Shown: piece by piece, positions 1-9,699 of the stretch
Numbering within the stretch: position 1 is the first letter of the stretch
How the letters are laid out: the number at the start of each line of letters is the position of its first letter
NCBI RefSeq assembly: GCF_002087085.1
Contig: NZ_MWQY01000004.1
Span: forward strand, 124,001-188,000
DNA: 64,000 bases
Reading direction: 5' to 3'
Program-made: the position numbers and the translations under genes
Notes under the pieces: generated by a model
Told to the model about the DNA's origin: nothing
What the model saw: only the letters and a program-made list of their open reading frames with translations
Database searches by the model: none

Positions 1-147
1 CCGGTAGGTCTCTTCCTCCAGGCTGGTTTCCGGTATCGCTTCGGGTTCAGGTTCTACAGTTTTTGGCGCCGTGGCACAACCGAAGAAAATATAGGCAGCC
101 AGGAGAGAAACAAGAAGCGGGGAGAATATGCGGTGCGTAGCTGACAT
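1..147 (-). CDS. Lipoprotein, N-terminal part only (runs off the window edge)
   Basis: Manual translation from ATG 147 gives MSATHRIFSPLLVSLLAAYIFFGCATAPKTVEPEPE..., a hydrophobic signal plus FFGC lipobox. GAGG RBS upstream; frame open to base 1. Confidence 0.75.
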   Translation of the reverse strand, partial: MSATHRIFSPLLVSLLAAYIFFGCATAPKTVEPEPEAIPETSLEEETYR

Positions 148-237
148 GAAACTCAACCTCTACGTATAGGAAAATCTCCCGGAAACTCTACACGAAAGAG
201 AGGCCCTCCGCAAGAAGATGAAAACCGGCACTTTTTA

Positions 238-289
238 TATCGCGCACGATAAAATCGCACTTGATTCTTATTTGTAATGCAGGTATATT
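238..289 (+). promoter_or_regulatory. Sigma70-type promoter of gpx-ohrR with two tandem MarR/OhrR-type inverted repeats
   Basis: TTGATT(261-266)-N17-TATATT(284-289). Palindromes TATCG-CGCA-CGATA (238-251) and AATC-GCACTT-GATT (253-266), the second overlapping the -35. Confidence 0.6.
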
Positions 290-295
290 ACTCCC

Positions 296-784
296 ATGAA
301 ATCACCATTTTACAGTTTTCAGGCAGAAAGCCTGCAGGGTAAACCGGTATCCTTCGATGAATACGAAGGCAGGGTTGTGCTGGTCGTCAATACCGCAAGC
401 AAATGCGGTTTAACCCCTCAATATGAAGGTCTCGAAACACTCTATAAAAAGTATCGGGATCGGGGACTCGTAATACTTGGATTTCCCTGCAATCAGTTCG
501 GCAATCAGGAACCGGGAAACGAGAACTCGATACAAGAAGGATGTCTGATCAATTACGGAGTCAGCTTTCCCGTATTCAGAAAAATCGACGTAAACGGAAA
601 TGACGCTCATCCGCTTTTCGCCTACCTGACTAAATCCCTTCCGGGAATATTCGGAGGAAAAATCAAGTGGAACTTTACCAAGTTCCTGCTGGATCGAAGG
701 GGTAATCCCGTAAAAAGGTATGCCCCGTCGACAAAACCGGAAAAACTGGAACCTGCAATCAGGATGTTGCTGGATAAGAGCTGA
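296..784 (+). CDS. gpx: Glutathione peroxidase family peroxidase (Cys-type)
   Basis: Motifs VNTASKCGLTPQY, LGFPCNQF, KWNFTKFL. Confidence 0.95.
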   Translation: MKSPFYSFQAESLQGKPVSFDEYEGRVVLVVNTASKCGLTPQYEGLETLYKKYRDRGLVILGFPCNQFGNQEPGNENSIQEGCLINYGVSFPVFRKIDVNGNDAHPLFAYLTKSLPGIFGGKIKWNFTKFLLDRRGNPVKRYAPSTKPEKLEPAIRMLLDKS

Positions 785-802
785 AGAGGCTATACTTGCT
801 GT

Positions 803-1240
803 ATGGCTGATTCTGATGATGTACTGAAACTGGAAAACCAGCTCTGTTTTCCCTTTTACGCGGTCTCCCGGCTCATTACCCGTCATTATCAGCCCCTGCT
901 GGAAAAACTGAACCTGACCTACCCGCAGTACCTGGTTCTTCTGGTACTGTGGGAGCGTCAGTCCTCCAGCGTTACGGAGCTGAGCCGGATTCTTCTGCTC
1001 AACTCAAACACCCTGACCCCCCTGCTCAAACGCCTGGCAGCGCAGGGTTATATCGAGCGCACCCGCAGCGACGAAGATGAACGGAGGGTAATGATCAGTC
1101 TTACAGAAAGGGGCTGGAATCTGCGCAAAGAAGCCCTCGGCATTCCAGAAAAGCTGGTCGCCTCCCTGGAGTATTCAGAGGAAGATCTCATTGCATTGAA
1201 AAAACTGATCGATCCTTTCCTGGAAGCTTTGAAAAAATAG
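803..1240 (+). CDS. ohrR: MarR-family regulator, OhrR-like
   Basis: N-terminal LENQLCF (sensing Cys), LTYPQYLV and winged-helix DERRV; adjacent to the peroxidase. Confidence 0.88.
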   Translation: MADSDDVLKLENQLCFPFYAVSRLITRHYQPLLEKLNLTYPQYLVLLVLWERQSSSVTELSRILLLNSNTLTPLLKRLAAQGYIERTRSDEDERRVMISLTERGWNLRKEALGIPEKLVASLEYSEEDLIALKKLIDPFLEALKK

Positions 1241-1259
1241 AGGGCATCCCTGCAGTTTT

Positions 1260-1628
1260 TTACTCTCGCAGATTTGTTCTCTGATGAAAGATTACCTTCC
1301 ATTCCCCGTTCGTCGACTTCCAGATTGAGCTGCAGTTCGCCTTTGTTCTGCTGTTGTTCTTCGTTTTCACAGCTTCGTACAGCAAAAGGGCCGTATCCTC
1401 GGACAGCATGATCATTTCAGACGCTGTATCCGAGATGTAAAAGACACCGTCAAGTTTTTCCAGCCCGGCCTTGCTTGAATAGGCCTTTCGGCCATGTTCA
1501 TCGATTTCGATACAATTTTCTTCGACAATCCGGTTGATCTGCTCCCTGTCGTTCCGAATACCCTTATTCAATAACAGTTCTTCCCGCGCAATGAGTTCCT
1601 TTTTGCTTATCCCATTAGTATCCGTCAT
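1260..1628 (-). CDS. DUF4440 / NTF2-like protein
   Basis: C-terminal SSIWK...WKVIFHQ is typical of DUF4440; GGAG RBS. Confidence 0.7.
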   Translation of the reverse strand: MTDTNGISKKELIAREELLLNKGIRNDREQINRIVEENCIEIDEHGRKAYSSKAGLEKLDGVFYISDTASEMIMLSEDTALLLYEAVKTKNNSRTKANCSSIWKSTNGEWKVIFHQRTNLRE

Positions 1629-1702
1629 ATAACATGCTCCCGAGGCCCTGAATGTTTCTCCATGATATCAGATTCCCGATATCTTTTCTAATACCCTTCT
1701 GC

Positions 1703-2089
1703 GAGGAGATCCTGAAGTCTGCCAGGGAATATGGACGTCAATGATCGTCGTCGATACCAATGTAATCGCCTGGATGTTTCTCTTATCCCCATACAGAAAA
1801 GCTGCTGAAGAGCTGTACTGCAACGATTCTGACCGGGCGGCTCCCCGGCTCCGGCGCAGTGAGTTTCAGAACGTTCTGACTCATTATGTGCACAAACAGC
1901 TTCTCAGTACGGATGATACTGTCGGTATCTTTACTGCTGCATCGGATGTAACGAAGGGAAGGGGGTTCGGCCTATGTCTGCGAATTTGTGGATACAGCCC
2001 GTTCCCTGGGGGTACCGTTTTACACAGGCCAGCGAAGTCCGGTAAAGGCTTTTCCGGAGACAGCAATAAAAATCGGAATTCCGGATTGA
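1703..2089 (+). pseudogene. vapC: Degraded vapBC locus: antitoxin 3' remnant plus frameshifted PIN toxin
   Basis: ORF from 1741 starts MIVVDTNV (PIN). After ~1965 the PIN C-terminus continues in another frame (SAYVCEFVDTARSLGVPFYTGQRSPVKAFPETAIKIGIPD*, stop 2087-2089). Upstream remnant EEILKSAREYGRQ* overlaps the start as ATGA. Confidence 0.75.
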
Positions 2090-2123
2090 CCAGCCCCCCT
2101 TCCCGCTCTACAGTAATGCAGAG

Positions 2124-4298
2124 ATGATCACCGATTTTCTTACCCAGGACGAACGAGAAAAAGGAGTCCGGCTGCTTCTCTGGCACGCCCTCTTCAACGG
2201 GCTGGGTTACGGTTTTCTTGCAGAGACGATAATTTATCTGCTGGCCCTGCAGTTCAATCCCTCCAACACCCAGCTGGGTTTTATCTCGTCGGCTATTCAT
2301 ATTGCGGGACTCGTACTGCTTTTCGTCCCCCGGCTGACCAACGGCATGAACCTGCGAAAACTCTTTTTCTCCGCCTGGATGTTCCGCGGCGCGGTGAGCT
2401 CCTTTTACGTACTGCTGCTCTTTACCCGGGGGCAGACGGCGGTGGTCCTTATTCTTGGCATCTATGCCCTCTTCTGTATCTCCCGTATTGTCGGGGCCTC
2501 CATGGCCGAGCCGGTGCAGCAGATGGTGGCTTCCACGGAAACCCGGGGGCGCTTTATCGCCCAGATGTTCATCAGCAACCAGTCCGCCCGGCTGGTCAGC
2601 CAGCTCATCAGCTACCTCTTGACCTCCATCGCAATCATGAGCGAATTGAACAGTCTGCTTGTTCTGATAGGCCTTGGAGTAGTAACCAATACGATCTCGG
2701 CCCTTTACCTGCGCAGGATTCCCTACCGGGAAAAGAGCCAGTATCAGAAAGGGAGCAACCTCTACCGGGTACTCCTTCGGACGGTAAAAAACCGGGAGCA
2801 GTTACTGGTGATCTTTATCCGCTGTTTCAGCCTTTCCGCCGCGGTGCTCATCGGTTTTACCACCCCCTTCCTGCGGGTAGTGGTGGGCTACGCCCAGAAC
2901 ATGGTGTTTCTTTATTCCCTGGTAGGTACGGCGGGAATGATTGTAAGCGGCCTGTTCCTGCGGCCCATCGTGGACAATGTGGGGTCCAAGCCCCTTTTGA
3001 TGGCCTCCTTTACCGGTCAAGCGGCCATCTTTATTATCTGGGCCGGCCTCAAGGATGCACCCCTGGGACTTTTTCTGGGCCTGGGATTTTTTACCACCTT
3101 TCTGCAGGCCTCGGTTTTTCAGCTGGTCGCCCGGCTCGTGTATAACGTGATCCCCGAGGAGGACAAGATCAGCTTCATGTCCCTGCTGAACTTTATCACC
3201 GCCGTATTCTCCTTCCTGGCCGGTATTGCAGGAGGTCTCCTCATCGACCTGGCGGCAAAAATCAGCCTTCCCTTCGGCTCCGACTACAGTCTCACCTTTA
3301 CAGCAGGCTCAATATACTGCGCCATAGCCTTCCTGCTGGTATTCAGCCTGCGGGACCAGGGTAGCCTGGGTATGCGGGAAACCGCGAACATCATCTTCTC
3401 GCCCCGGAACTTCAAGACCTTCCTGGATATCTACACCTTCAACCTGACGGCCAATCCGGTAAAGCGGCAGAATATCCTTACCGCGCTGAACTTCTCTCCC
3501 ACACCTCAGGCGGAGCAGGAGCTGCGGCAGATCCTGAACAACCCGATTGCCCCGGAGAAGGACCAGATACTTATTTCCCTCTATACGAACCCCAGACCCC
3601 GGCTCCTGGGGCTCATAATCCGGGAAGCGGAGAACCCGGAATCCGCCCAGCGCTCCAGCGCCATCTTCGCCCTGGGGGCCTACCCGGGAGAAAAGAGCCG
3701 AAACGCCCTGCGCGGGCTCTATCAGTCGGAGGATCCCCGGGTATCCTGCGCCGCGGCCAAGTCCCTGGCCCGGATCGGAAACCCTGTTCATCCCGAAGAG
3801 CTTGAAGGTCGCCTGATCTCCGTCGACCTTCCCACCCGGGCGATGCAGGACCTGATGGTTGCCCTTTCAGTGGCGGGGGAACATGAGCGTTACCTCCGCT
3901 CCCTCTTTCAGCTCTGTCCGGCCTACCGGGGCGATTACCATCTGCAGAGCATCCTGGCCCTCGCCGCAGCCCTGGAGGATTATTCCCCCCGTCTCGACCT
4001 TATCTATTCCCGGGAGAACAACAGAAGCGGCGGCGGGCTGTCCATCATCATCGAAGAGACCCGCCCCTTCAAACCCTTTTTCGATGACCTCCGGACCATT
4101 CAGGAATACTATCGCAACGGTCGGCATGAAGAGCTCCGGGACTGGTGCTGCAGGGTCGTTTCCGACTACACCCTGGACGAGCATCCGGTGGCCCTCTCGA
4201 TGAAATCCGACTCGGGCCATCCCTCTTCTTCGCTGAGTCTTGGGCGCCTGTATTTCACCTTTCAGTTGATGAATCTTCTTCGTCGTCCCGGGAAGTAG
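2124..4298 (+). CDS. MFS-type transporter with C-terminal HEAT-repeat domain
   Basis: About 12 hydrophobic helices in the first ~410 aa, then HEAT-like RSSAIFALG and VSCAAAKSLARIG. Confidence 0.75.
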   Translation: MITDFLTQDEREKGVRLLLWHALFNGLGYGFLAETIIYLLALQFNPSNTQLGFISSAIHIAGLVLLFVPRLTNGMNLRKLFFSAWMFRGAVSSFYVLLLFTRGQTAVVLILGIYALFCISRIVGASMAEPVQQMVASTETRGRFIAQMFISNQSARLVSQLISYLLTSIAIMSELNSLLVLIGLGVVTNTISALYLRRIPYREKSQYQKGSNLYRVLLRTVKNREQLLVIFIRCFSLSAAVLIGFTTPFLRVVVGYAQNMVFLYSLVGTAGMIVSGLFLRPIVDNVGSKPLLMASFTGQAAIFIIWAGLKDAPLGLFLGLGFFTTFLQASVFQLVARLVYNVIPEEDKISFMSLLNFITAVFSFLAGIAGGLLIDLAAKISLPFGSDYSLTFTAGSIYCAIAFLLVFSLRDQGSLGMRETANIIFSPRNFKTFLDIYTFNLTANPVKRQNILTALNFSPTPQAEQELRQILNNPIAPEKDQILISLYTNPRPRLLGLIIREAENPESAQRSSAIFALGAYPGEKSRNALRGLYQSEDPRVSCAAAKSLARIGNPVHPEELEGRLISVDLPTRAMQDLMVALSVAGEHERYLRSLFQLCPAYRGDYHLQSILALAAALEDYSPRLDLIYSRENNRSGGGLSIIIEETRPFKPFFDDLRTIQEYYRNGRHEELRDWCCRVVSDYTLDEHPVALSMKSDSGHPSSSLSLGRLYFTFQLMNLLRRPGK

Positions 4299-4354
4299 TT
4301 TTTCCCTCTGATATATTGCTTGCCTCAAGGGGCCGGCCTTGGTACAATCCGGTC

Positions 4355-6202
4355 ATGAAAAGTCGGGTCAGGCCAGCCTACTACCTTGTTCTTGTTGTGT
4401 ACGCACTTATAATCGGTGGACTTCTGTATCGGGAATTCGGCCAGGCCAGACCTGTCAGCTATTCTCTGGGAGAAATAAGCATATCCGCCCGTCAGACCGC
4501 AGGAGTCCCGGGAAACATTCTTCCTGGACAGGGTGCAGGGTTCCGCTCCCTTACCCTGCGCTACCGCAGCTTTCAACTCTCCATCCCCGAAACGGGCCTT
4601 GCCGTTGAAGTCGATGAGGAGGGCACGGAAATTCCTGCCGCCGTGGCTGACATTGACCGTTCAAGCAGCGAGATTTCAATACGCCTGGTTTCCGGGATTG
4701 AACTCCGGATACGGGAGAACGAAGAGGAAAACAACAGTTACATCCTGAGCCTCGATTTTACAGCCGCCGATGCGGAGAAGCTGCGGGGCATTCGACTCCC
4801 CTGGAGAGGTTCGGAACCGCAGTTTCACAGCGGGCTGCCCATACTCATTGCCTCACCCCCCGGAACATCGGGAGGTACGGTACTGCTGCCTGCTTCGGCC
4901 CGGGTGAATGCGGAGTTCCTCTCCATTCCCCGGAGTGATTCCCTCCAGGAGATCCTGCTCTTCAACGCCCCCGAAGAGGGTTCCCTGATTGAAAGCTGGT
5001 TCCGAATACGGGGAGGTCTCGCCTCGAGAGAAGAAGCCGACCGTGCCCTGAAGGAGTTTTACAACCTCGCCTACAGAGGCTGGGAACGGGACCGCTGGAT
5101 TCCCGGGGCAGGGAGCTGGGAATACGTGGCGGACGCTCCGCCGGAGAGCAGAACTGCCACGGCACTCCTCATGGAATCCCTCTCCAGAGGCAGCTACTTC
5201 TCAACCAGGGAACGCCTTGCCGCGGCCAGTCCCCGGCTCATCGACCATACCAGCGCCCTCTTTCTCGGGTCCGTCGTATCTCCCTTCGAACAGTTCGGTT
5301 CATCCATGGAAGATTTCATGGCGGAAGTCCGGCAGGCGCTGAACAACGGAGACAGTTCGATATTTGACAAAGTCGACAGTCTGAACAGAATTATCCAGGC
5401 GGGAATCGGTTCCGGGGAAGGCATACAGGATGCCCTCTCCCAGCTGGCGGAAACAACGGTCCTTGCCGAACCATCCAGCCCGGCGGAACTGCTCAGGGCC
5501 ATCAGGGCCGCTGAGTTTCTGCTTGAATGGGAAGGGCCGGAACACTCGGGAATCCGCTATCTGATCCGGGAAGAGCTTCTGCCCGGACTCTGTACAACGA
5601 ATTACGGCTACGGCATACACTTCAACGGGACCTCCGACGCCCTGACCGGCGTTCTGGCGGGAAGACTGATGGCCGCAGGCAGTGACGACTTTTCCGCAGC
5701 CCTGGGATACACCCTTCTTGCATCCTTTACCGCCTCCGCCGGGGAGTTCTCCCGGACCCCCGCCGGGATTATACGCAGGGAGTTTTATTACCAGAACTCA
5801 CAGAAACTTCTGGAACCGGAAGCCCTGCCGCGGCTTCAACCCCTGGCGGGAGAACTGCCCTATCAGCCGCGGGCAATCGAACTGGGAACAGACGAAGGAT
5901 GGATGTGGACCACCGCCGCGGATGTGCGTTACCAGGACGGCGGTACAACGAGCATCTTGAGTTTTCGCTTTCCCCAGGGCGGAATACACCACTTTGCCCT
6001 CTACGGGGTAGAACCCTTCGACCAGATCCAGATGCACGGAATTCCCTGGAAGAGCGACCCGGAATTCCAGCGCTACAGCGACGGCTGGGTGTACAATCCC
6101 CGTACGAAAACCCTCTTCTTCAAGATACGGCACCGCTCCGAGAGGCAGGAGATACGGATCCTCCGAAATACCCCTGAAGCGGCTCCTCCGGCTAGGCCTT
6201 GA
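4355..6202 (+). CDS. Membrane-anchored exported hypothetical protein (~615 aa)
   Basis: ATG 4355 (MKSRVRP) follows TTGCCT-N17-TACAAT. One N-terminal TM segment; no recognisable domain. Confidence 0.7.
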   Translation: MKSRVRPAYYLVLVVYALIIGGLLYREFGQARPVSYSLGEISISARQTAGVPGNILPGQGAGFRSLTLRYRSFQLSIPETGLAVEVDEEGTEIPAAVADIDRSSSEISIRLVSGIELRIRENEEENNSYILSLDFTAADAEKLRGIRLPWRGSEPQFHSGLPILIASPPGTSGGTVLLPASARVNAEFLSIPRSDSLQEILLFNAPEEGSLIESWFRIRGGLASREEADRALKEFYNLAYRGWERDRWIPGAGSWEYVADAPPESRTATALLMESLSRGSYFSTRERLAAASPRLIDHTSALFLGSVVSPFEQFGSSMEDFMAEVRQALNNGDSSIFDKVDSLNRIIQAGIGSGEGIQDALSQLAETTVLAEPSSPAELLRAIRAAEFLLEWEGPEHSGIRYLIREELLPGLCTTNYGYGIHFNGTSDALTGVLAGRLMAAGSDDFSAALGYTLLASFTASAGEFSRTPAGIIRREFYYQNSQKLLEPEALPRLQPLAGELPYQPRAIELGTDEGWMWTTAADVRYQDGGTTSILSFRFPQGGIHHFALYGVEPFDQIQMHGIPWKSDPEFQRYSDGWVYNPRTKTLFFKIRHRSERQEIRILRNTPEAAPPARP

Positions 6203-9200
6203 TCCGCTTTAGTACACCCCCGGCAAAGGTGAAACCGCCTCCGAAGGCTGTAAGTCCGTAGTACTCTTCCCGGCGGGAACTATCCTCCAGGATCCTTTCA
6301 ATACAGACCGGGATTGTCGATGACGAGATATTTCCGATTCCATCGATAATGCTGTAAACCTTCTCCGGTTTTGCCCTGAGCTTCTGTCGTACAGCATCAA
6401 TTATCCGCTGGTTTGCCTGGTGGGGAACTACAAGATCGAGCTCATCGGGTCCGATTCCCGCCTCCCTGCAGGCGTCTTTAAGGATGTCCGCCATGGCGGT
6501 AACCGCCTTGCGAAAGACCTCCGGTCCTTCCATGAAAACCGGGTCCTTCAGGTCTGCAGGGATCCTCAGAAGTGATCCGTCTTCCCCACTGGCGGAGAGG
6601 ACCGGCCGCTTTATCTCCAGAACGCCCTTTTCCGACAGCTCATTTCCGCCGACTATCATGGTCGCCGTTGCACCGTCACCGAAAACCGGGGCTGTGGAGG
6701 GATCAGATGTATCCATACGGTCAGAAAGCACATCGGCGGTAACAAGCAGTACTCTGTGGCCGGGTTTCTGTGCCAGGTAGTCGTGGGCTATCTGCAGGCC
6801 GTAGACGTATCCGGAACAGGCGGCGTTTATGTCATAAGCCGGACAGGTACAGTCGGCATTGTACCTGCGGTTCAGTTCATACTGCACCATGGTGGCCAGG
6901 GCCGGAGTGTTCATGACGGGGGTCACGGTGGAACAGATCAGAAGGTCCACCTCCTCGATTCCCATACCCAGATCATCCAGCAGCCGGCTTGCGGCGTCCA
7001 CCGACAGGCTCAGGGCATTCTCCCCCTCCCCGATCCAGTGGCGCTCCCTGATTCCGGTGCGTCGCACTATGTCGTCGGGACTCCAGGTGGGACAGAGCCG
7101 GGAGATTTCTTCGTTGCTCACAACCCGGGAACCCAGGACCCCCCGGACCGCCGTAATGGCCGCCGTTCCCTCCCGGGAAGGTCCGGAAAAGCCGGAAGCT
7201 CCGGTCTTGAGAGACGTGATAACCGGGATTCCAGGTTCCTCCCGGGTAATAGGTTTGATCCTCACTGCTCCCTTTTCCAGGCGGATCTTTGCAATCCCGT
7301 CACCCACATTGGCGGAGTCCCCCTCGGCAACATCGAGGGAGCTCACGACACCGGAAACAGGGCTGGACAGGGTTACCATGGCCTTATCGGCTTCGAGTTC
7401 CGCAATCTCCTGACCTTCGCTGATGGAATCCCCCTCCGCCACGAGCCATTCGATAACCGTTACAACCTCATCGGAAGGACTCGATCCGACGGCTTCCAGG
7501 GTATAGAGTTCTCCGCCGGCCTCTTCCGCCTTGCGCCAGCTGATACTGCCCTCCAGCAGTTCAACGGCGGTCTCCAGTACCCGCTTGTACGACGGCAGGA
7601 CCTCAAGCTGGTTGGCAAAATTGCAGGGAACGTAGGTATCTCCCCGGGTTACCCTCCGCAGCCGGATCGGACGACGGCTTGCCTCCGCCAGGGTACTCAG
7701 AATCTCCGACCCCATACCGGCGGTGTGGGTGTCTTCATGAACGACAATCAGCCGGCCGGTCTTTTCCGCCGAGGAGATGAGCATATCCCTGTCCCAGGGG
7801 GCCAGAGTACGCAGATCGATAACCTCCGCTTCCGCTCCGGCCTCCGCCAAGGCTGCCGCCGCCTTCATGCAGTGGACCACGGTGTTTCCCCATCCCAAGA
7901 GGGTGATGTCCCTGCCCTCCTTGAGGAGCCGGGCTTTACCGGGAGAGGCCAGCAGCCTGGCTGCCGGTCTGGTCGTGGCAAAATCCCTGCTGTTCAGCAG
8001 GTTCTTGGGATAGAAAAAGAGGGTCGGTCTCCCGGATTCGAAGGCGGAGTTCAGAAGGGCCGCTGCATCATCCGCCCGGGAGGGCATAAAGACATCCACC
8101 CCCGGGGTATGGGCGGCTATTCCGTCCATGGACTGGGCGTGAAAGGGTCCCAGGCCCGGCTTGTAGCCCCCGCAGGATATCATCACGATGACCGGGGCCT
8201 GCCAGCCGCCGTCGGTACGCCAATACATGCTTCCCAGCTCGGAGATTATCTGATTAAAGGCTATGGGCAGAAAATCGGCGAACTGCAGAAAGGCCACGGG
8301 ACGCCTTCCCGCCAGGGCCTCGCCGCCGGCAATCCCCACAATGGAGGCCTCAGCCAGGGGAGAATTGCAGACCCGGCCGGGGAAGAGGTCCGTAAGACCC
8401 CGGGTCACCCCGAAGACGTCCCCCTTGGGATCTTCGATGTCCTCTCCGAACAGATAGACCCGTTCGTCGGCCTTCATGCGGGCAGTCAGGACATCCCGCA
8501 GGGTTTCAATCATGGTCCTGGGCTCACCTTCGCTCTCCGACGGCTGACTCTCGTCGACCTCGAGCAGGTGCCGGGGATAGGGTTTTACCGCATCGTGGAC
8601 GGCCTCGGGTTCGGGACCCAGCTGACTCTCCCGGGCGAGGTTCTCCAGCTCCGTTCTGCGGGAGGCTTCAGCCTCCTCCAGTTCCTTCTCGTCCATACCG
8701 GATGAAAGAAGCACATCCCGCAGCTTCCGCACCGGATCCCCGGTCAGCCGTGCCCGGGAAATCTCCTCTTCGCTGCGATAGACCCGCTGGTCGTCGGCGT
8801 TGGTGTGGTTCGAAAGCCGTTCGACCTCCATAATCAGGATTGCCGGTCTCCTGGATTCCCGCATTTCCGCGACGGTCTCCCCAAAAACCTCGTCCGCCGT
8901 CAGCGGGTCCCGGCCGTCGAAACGGCGGATCGGTATACCGTAAAACTCTTCGGCCGGTCCGTCGGGAAGATTGTAGAAGGTCTTTCCCCGTGTGCGGGTG
9001 GATATGGCAAATCCGTTATCCTGAACAAGAAAAAGGACCGGAAGGGTCTCCCGAACCGCCTGGGCCACAGCTTCAAGAACCTCTCCCTGCTGGCTCATGC
9101 CGTCTCCCAGGGAACAAAGGACCACAGGAGCTCCGGGCCTGTCCTTTACGGCCCGGGCGACACCCGCCGCCTGGAGTCCCGAGTTTCCCACGGGTCCCAC

Positions 9201-9545
9201 CAGACTGAGGATATTCAGTGAGGGATCACTCATGTGGGCGTTCATCTGCCTGCCCCGGGAGTGTGAAGCGTCCTTGTTGAAGAGAGAATGAAAGAACATT
9301 ACCGGGGCCATTCCCCGGGCGAGCATCATCGCTTTGTCACGGTAGTGGCAGTGGAGCCAGTCCTCCGGCTTCAGATACTGAGCCAGGGCCGCCCCGGCTT
9401 CGTGCCCTCCCCCGGAGACGTGAAAAAAGGCCTCTCCCCGGTGAGTGTAGCTCTCTTCTATCCGGTCAATTTCCCGGGAAGAGAACATATTCATATAGAG
9501 TTTGAACAGATACTCCTGCCGCTGGGCGCTTATATCGGTCTTCAT
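6192..9545 (-). CDS. Fusion: 2-oxoacid dehydrogenase E1alpha + E1beta + lipoyl domain + beta-ketoacyl-ACP synthase III (FabH-like)
   Basis: ThDP motif GDG...QDN and HTNADD; E1beta GEDI..GDVFGVT and EVIDLRTL; lipoyl EADKA; KASIII AACSG, PHQAN and GNISS. GAGGAG RBS favours the start at 9545. Confidence 0.93.
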   Translation of the reverse strand: MKTDISAQRQEYLFKLYMNMFSSREIDRIEESYTHRGEAFFHVSGGGHEAGAALAQYLKPEDWLHCHYRDKAMMLARGMAPVMFFHSLFNKDASHSRGRQMNAHMSDPSLNILSLVGPVGNSGLQAAGVARAVKDRPGAPVVLCSLGDGMSQQGEVLEAVAQAVRETLPVLFLVQDNGFAISTRTRGKTFYNLPDGPAEEFYGIPIRRFDGRDPLTADEVFGETVAEMRESRRPAILIMEVERLSNHTNADDQRVYRSEEEISRARLTGDPVRKLRDVLLSSGMDEKELEEAEASRRTELENLARESQLGPEPEAVHDAVKPYPRHLLEVDESQPSESEGEPRTMIETLRDVLTARMKADERVYLFGEDIEDPKGDVFGVTRGLTDLFPGRVCNSPLAEASIVGIAGGEALAGRRPVAFLQFADFLPIAFNQIISELGSMYWRTDGGWQAPVIVMISCGGYKPGLGPFHAQSMDGIAAHTPGVDVFMPSRADDAAALLNSAFESGRPTLFFYPKNLLNSRDFATTRPAARLLASPGKARLLKEGRDITLLGWGNTVVHCMKAAAALAEAGAEAEVIDLRTLAPWDRDMLISSAEKTGRLIVVHEDTHTAGMGSEILSTLAEASRRPIRLRRVTRGDTYVPCNFANQLEVLPSYKRVLETAVELLEGSISWRKAEEAGGELYTLEAVGSSPSDEVVTVIEWLVAEGDSISEGQEIAELEADKAMVTLSSPVSGVVSSLDVAEGDSANVGDGIAKIRLEKGAVRIKPITREEPGIPVITSLKTGASGFSGPSREGTAAITAVRGVLGSRVVSNEEISRLCPTWSPDDIVRRTGIRERHWIGEGENALSLSVDAASRLLDDLGMGIEEVDLLICSTVTPVMNTPALATMVQYELNRRYNADCTCPAYDINAACSGYVYGLQIAHDYLAQKPGHRVLLVTADVLSDRMDTSDPSTAPVFGDGATATMIVGGNELSEKGVLEIKRPVLSASGEDGSLLRIPADLKDPVFMEGPEVFRKAVTAMADILKDACREAGIGPDELDLVVPHQANQRIIDAVRQKLRAKPEKVYSIIDGIGNISSSTIPVCIERILEDSSRREEYYGLTAFGGGFTFAGGVLKRIKA

Positions 9546-9699
9546 AGTTAAAAACTCCTCCATTCTCATGTCGGCCGCGGACCGACTGAAGAATTCGGAA
9601 CAGGTTACCAGATCTTTAGATTAATGAAAACACTCCCGGTACGGCCCTTCCCGAAGACCAAACTTGACCTGCTCCGCCGGCCCGGCCTATCATGGAGCC

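Noticed and set aside
296..784. Selenocysteine glutathione peroxidase
   Set aside because: The active-site codon is TGC (Cys) and there is no in-frame TGA.
6756..8705. 649-aa plus-strand ORF, and similar long antisense ORFs (e.g. 30340-31401, 35273-36214, 59305-60234)
   Set aside because: Antisense shadows of well-supported genes in GC-rich DNA, with no recognisable motifs.
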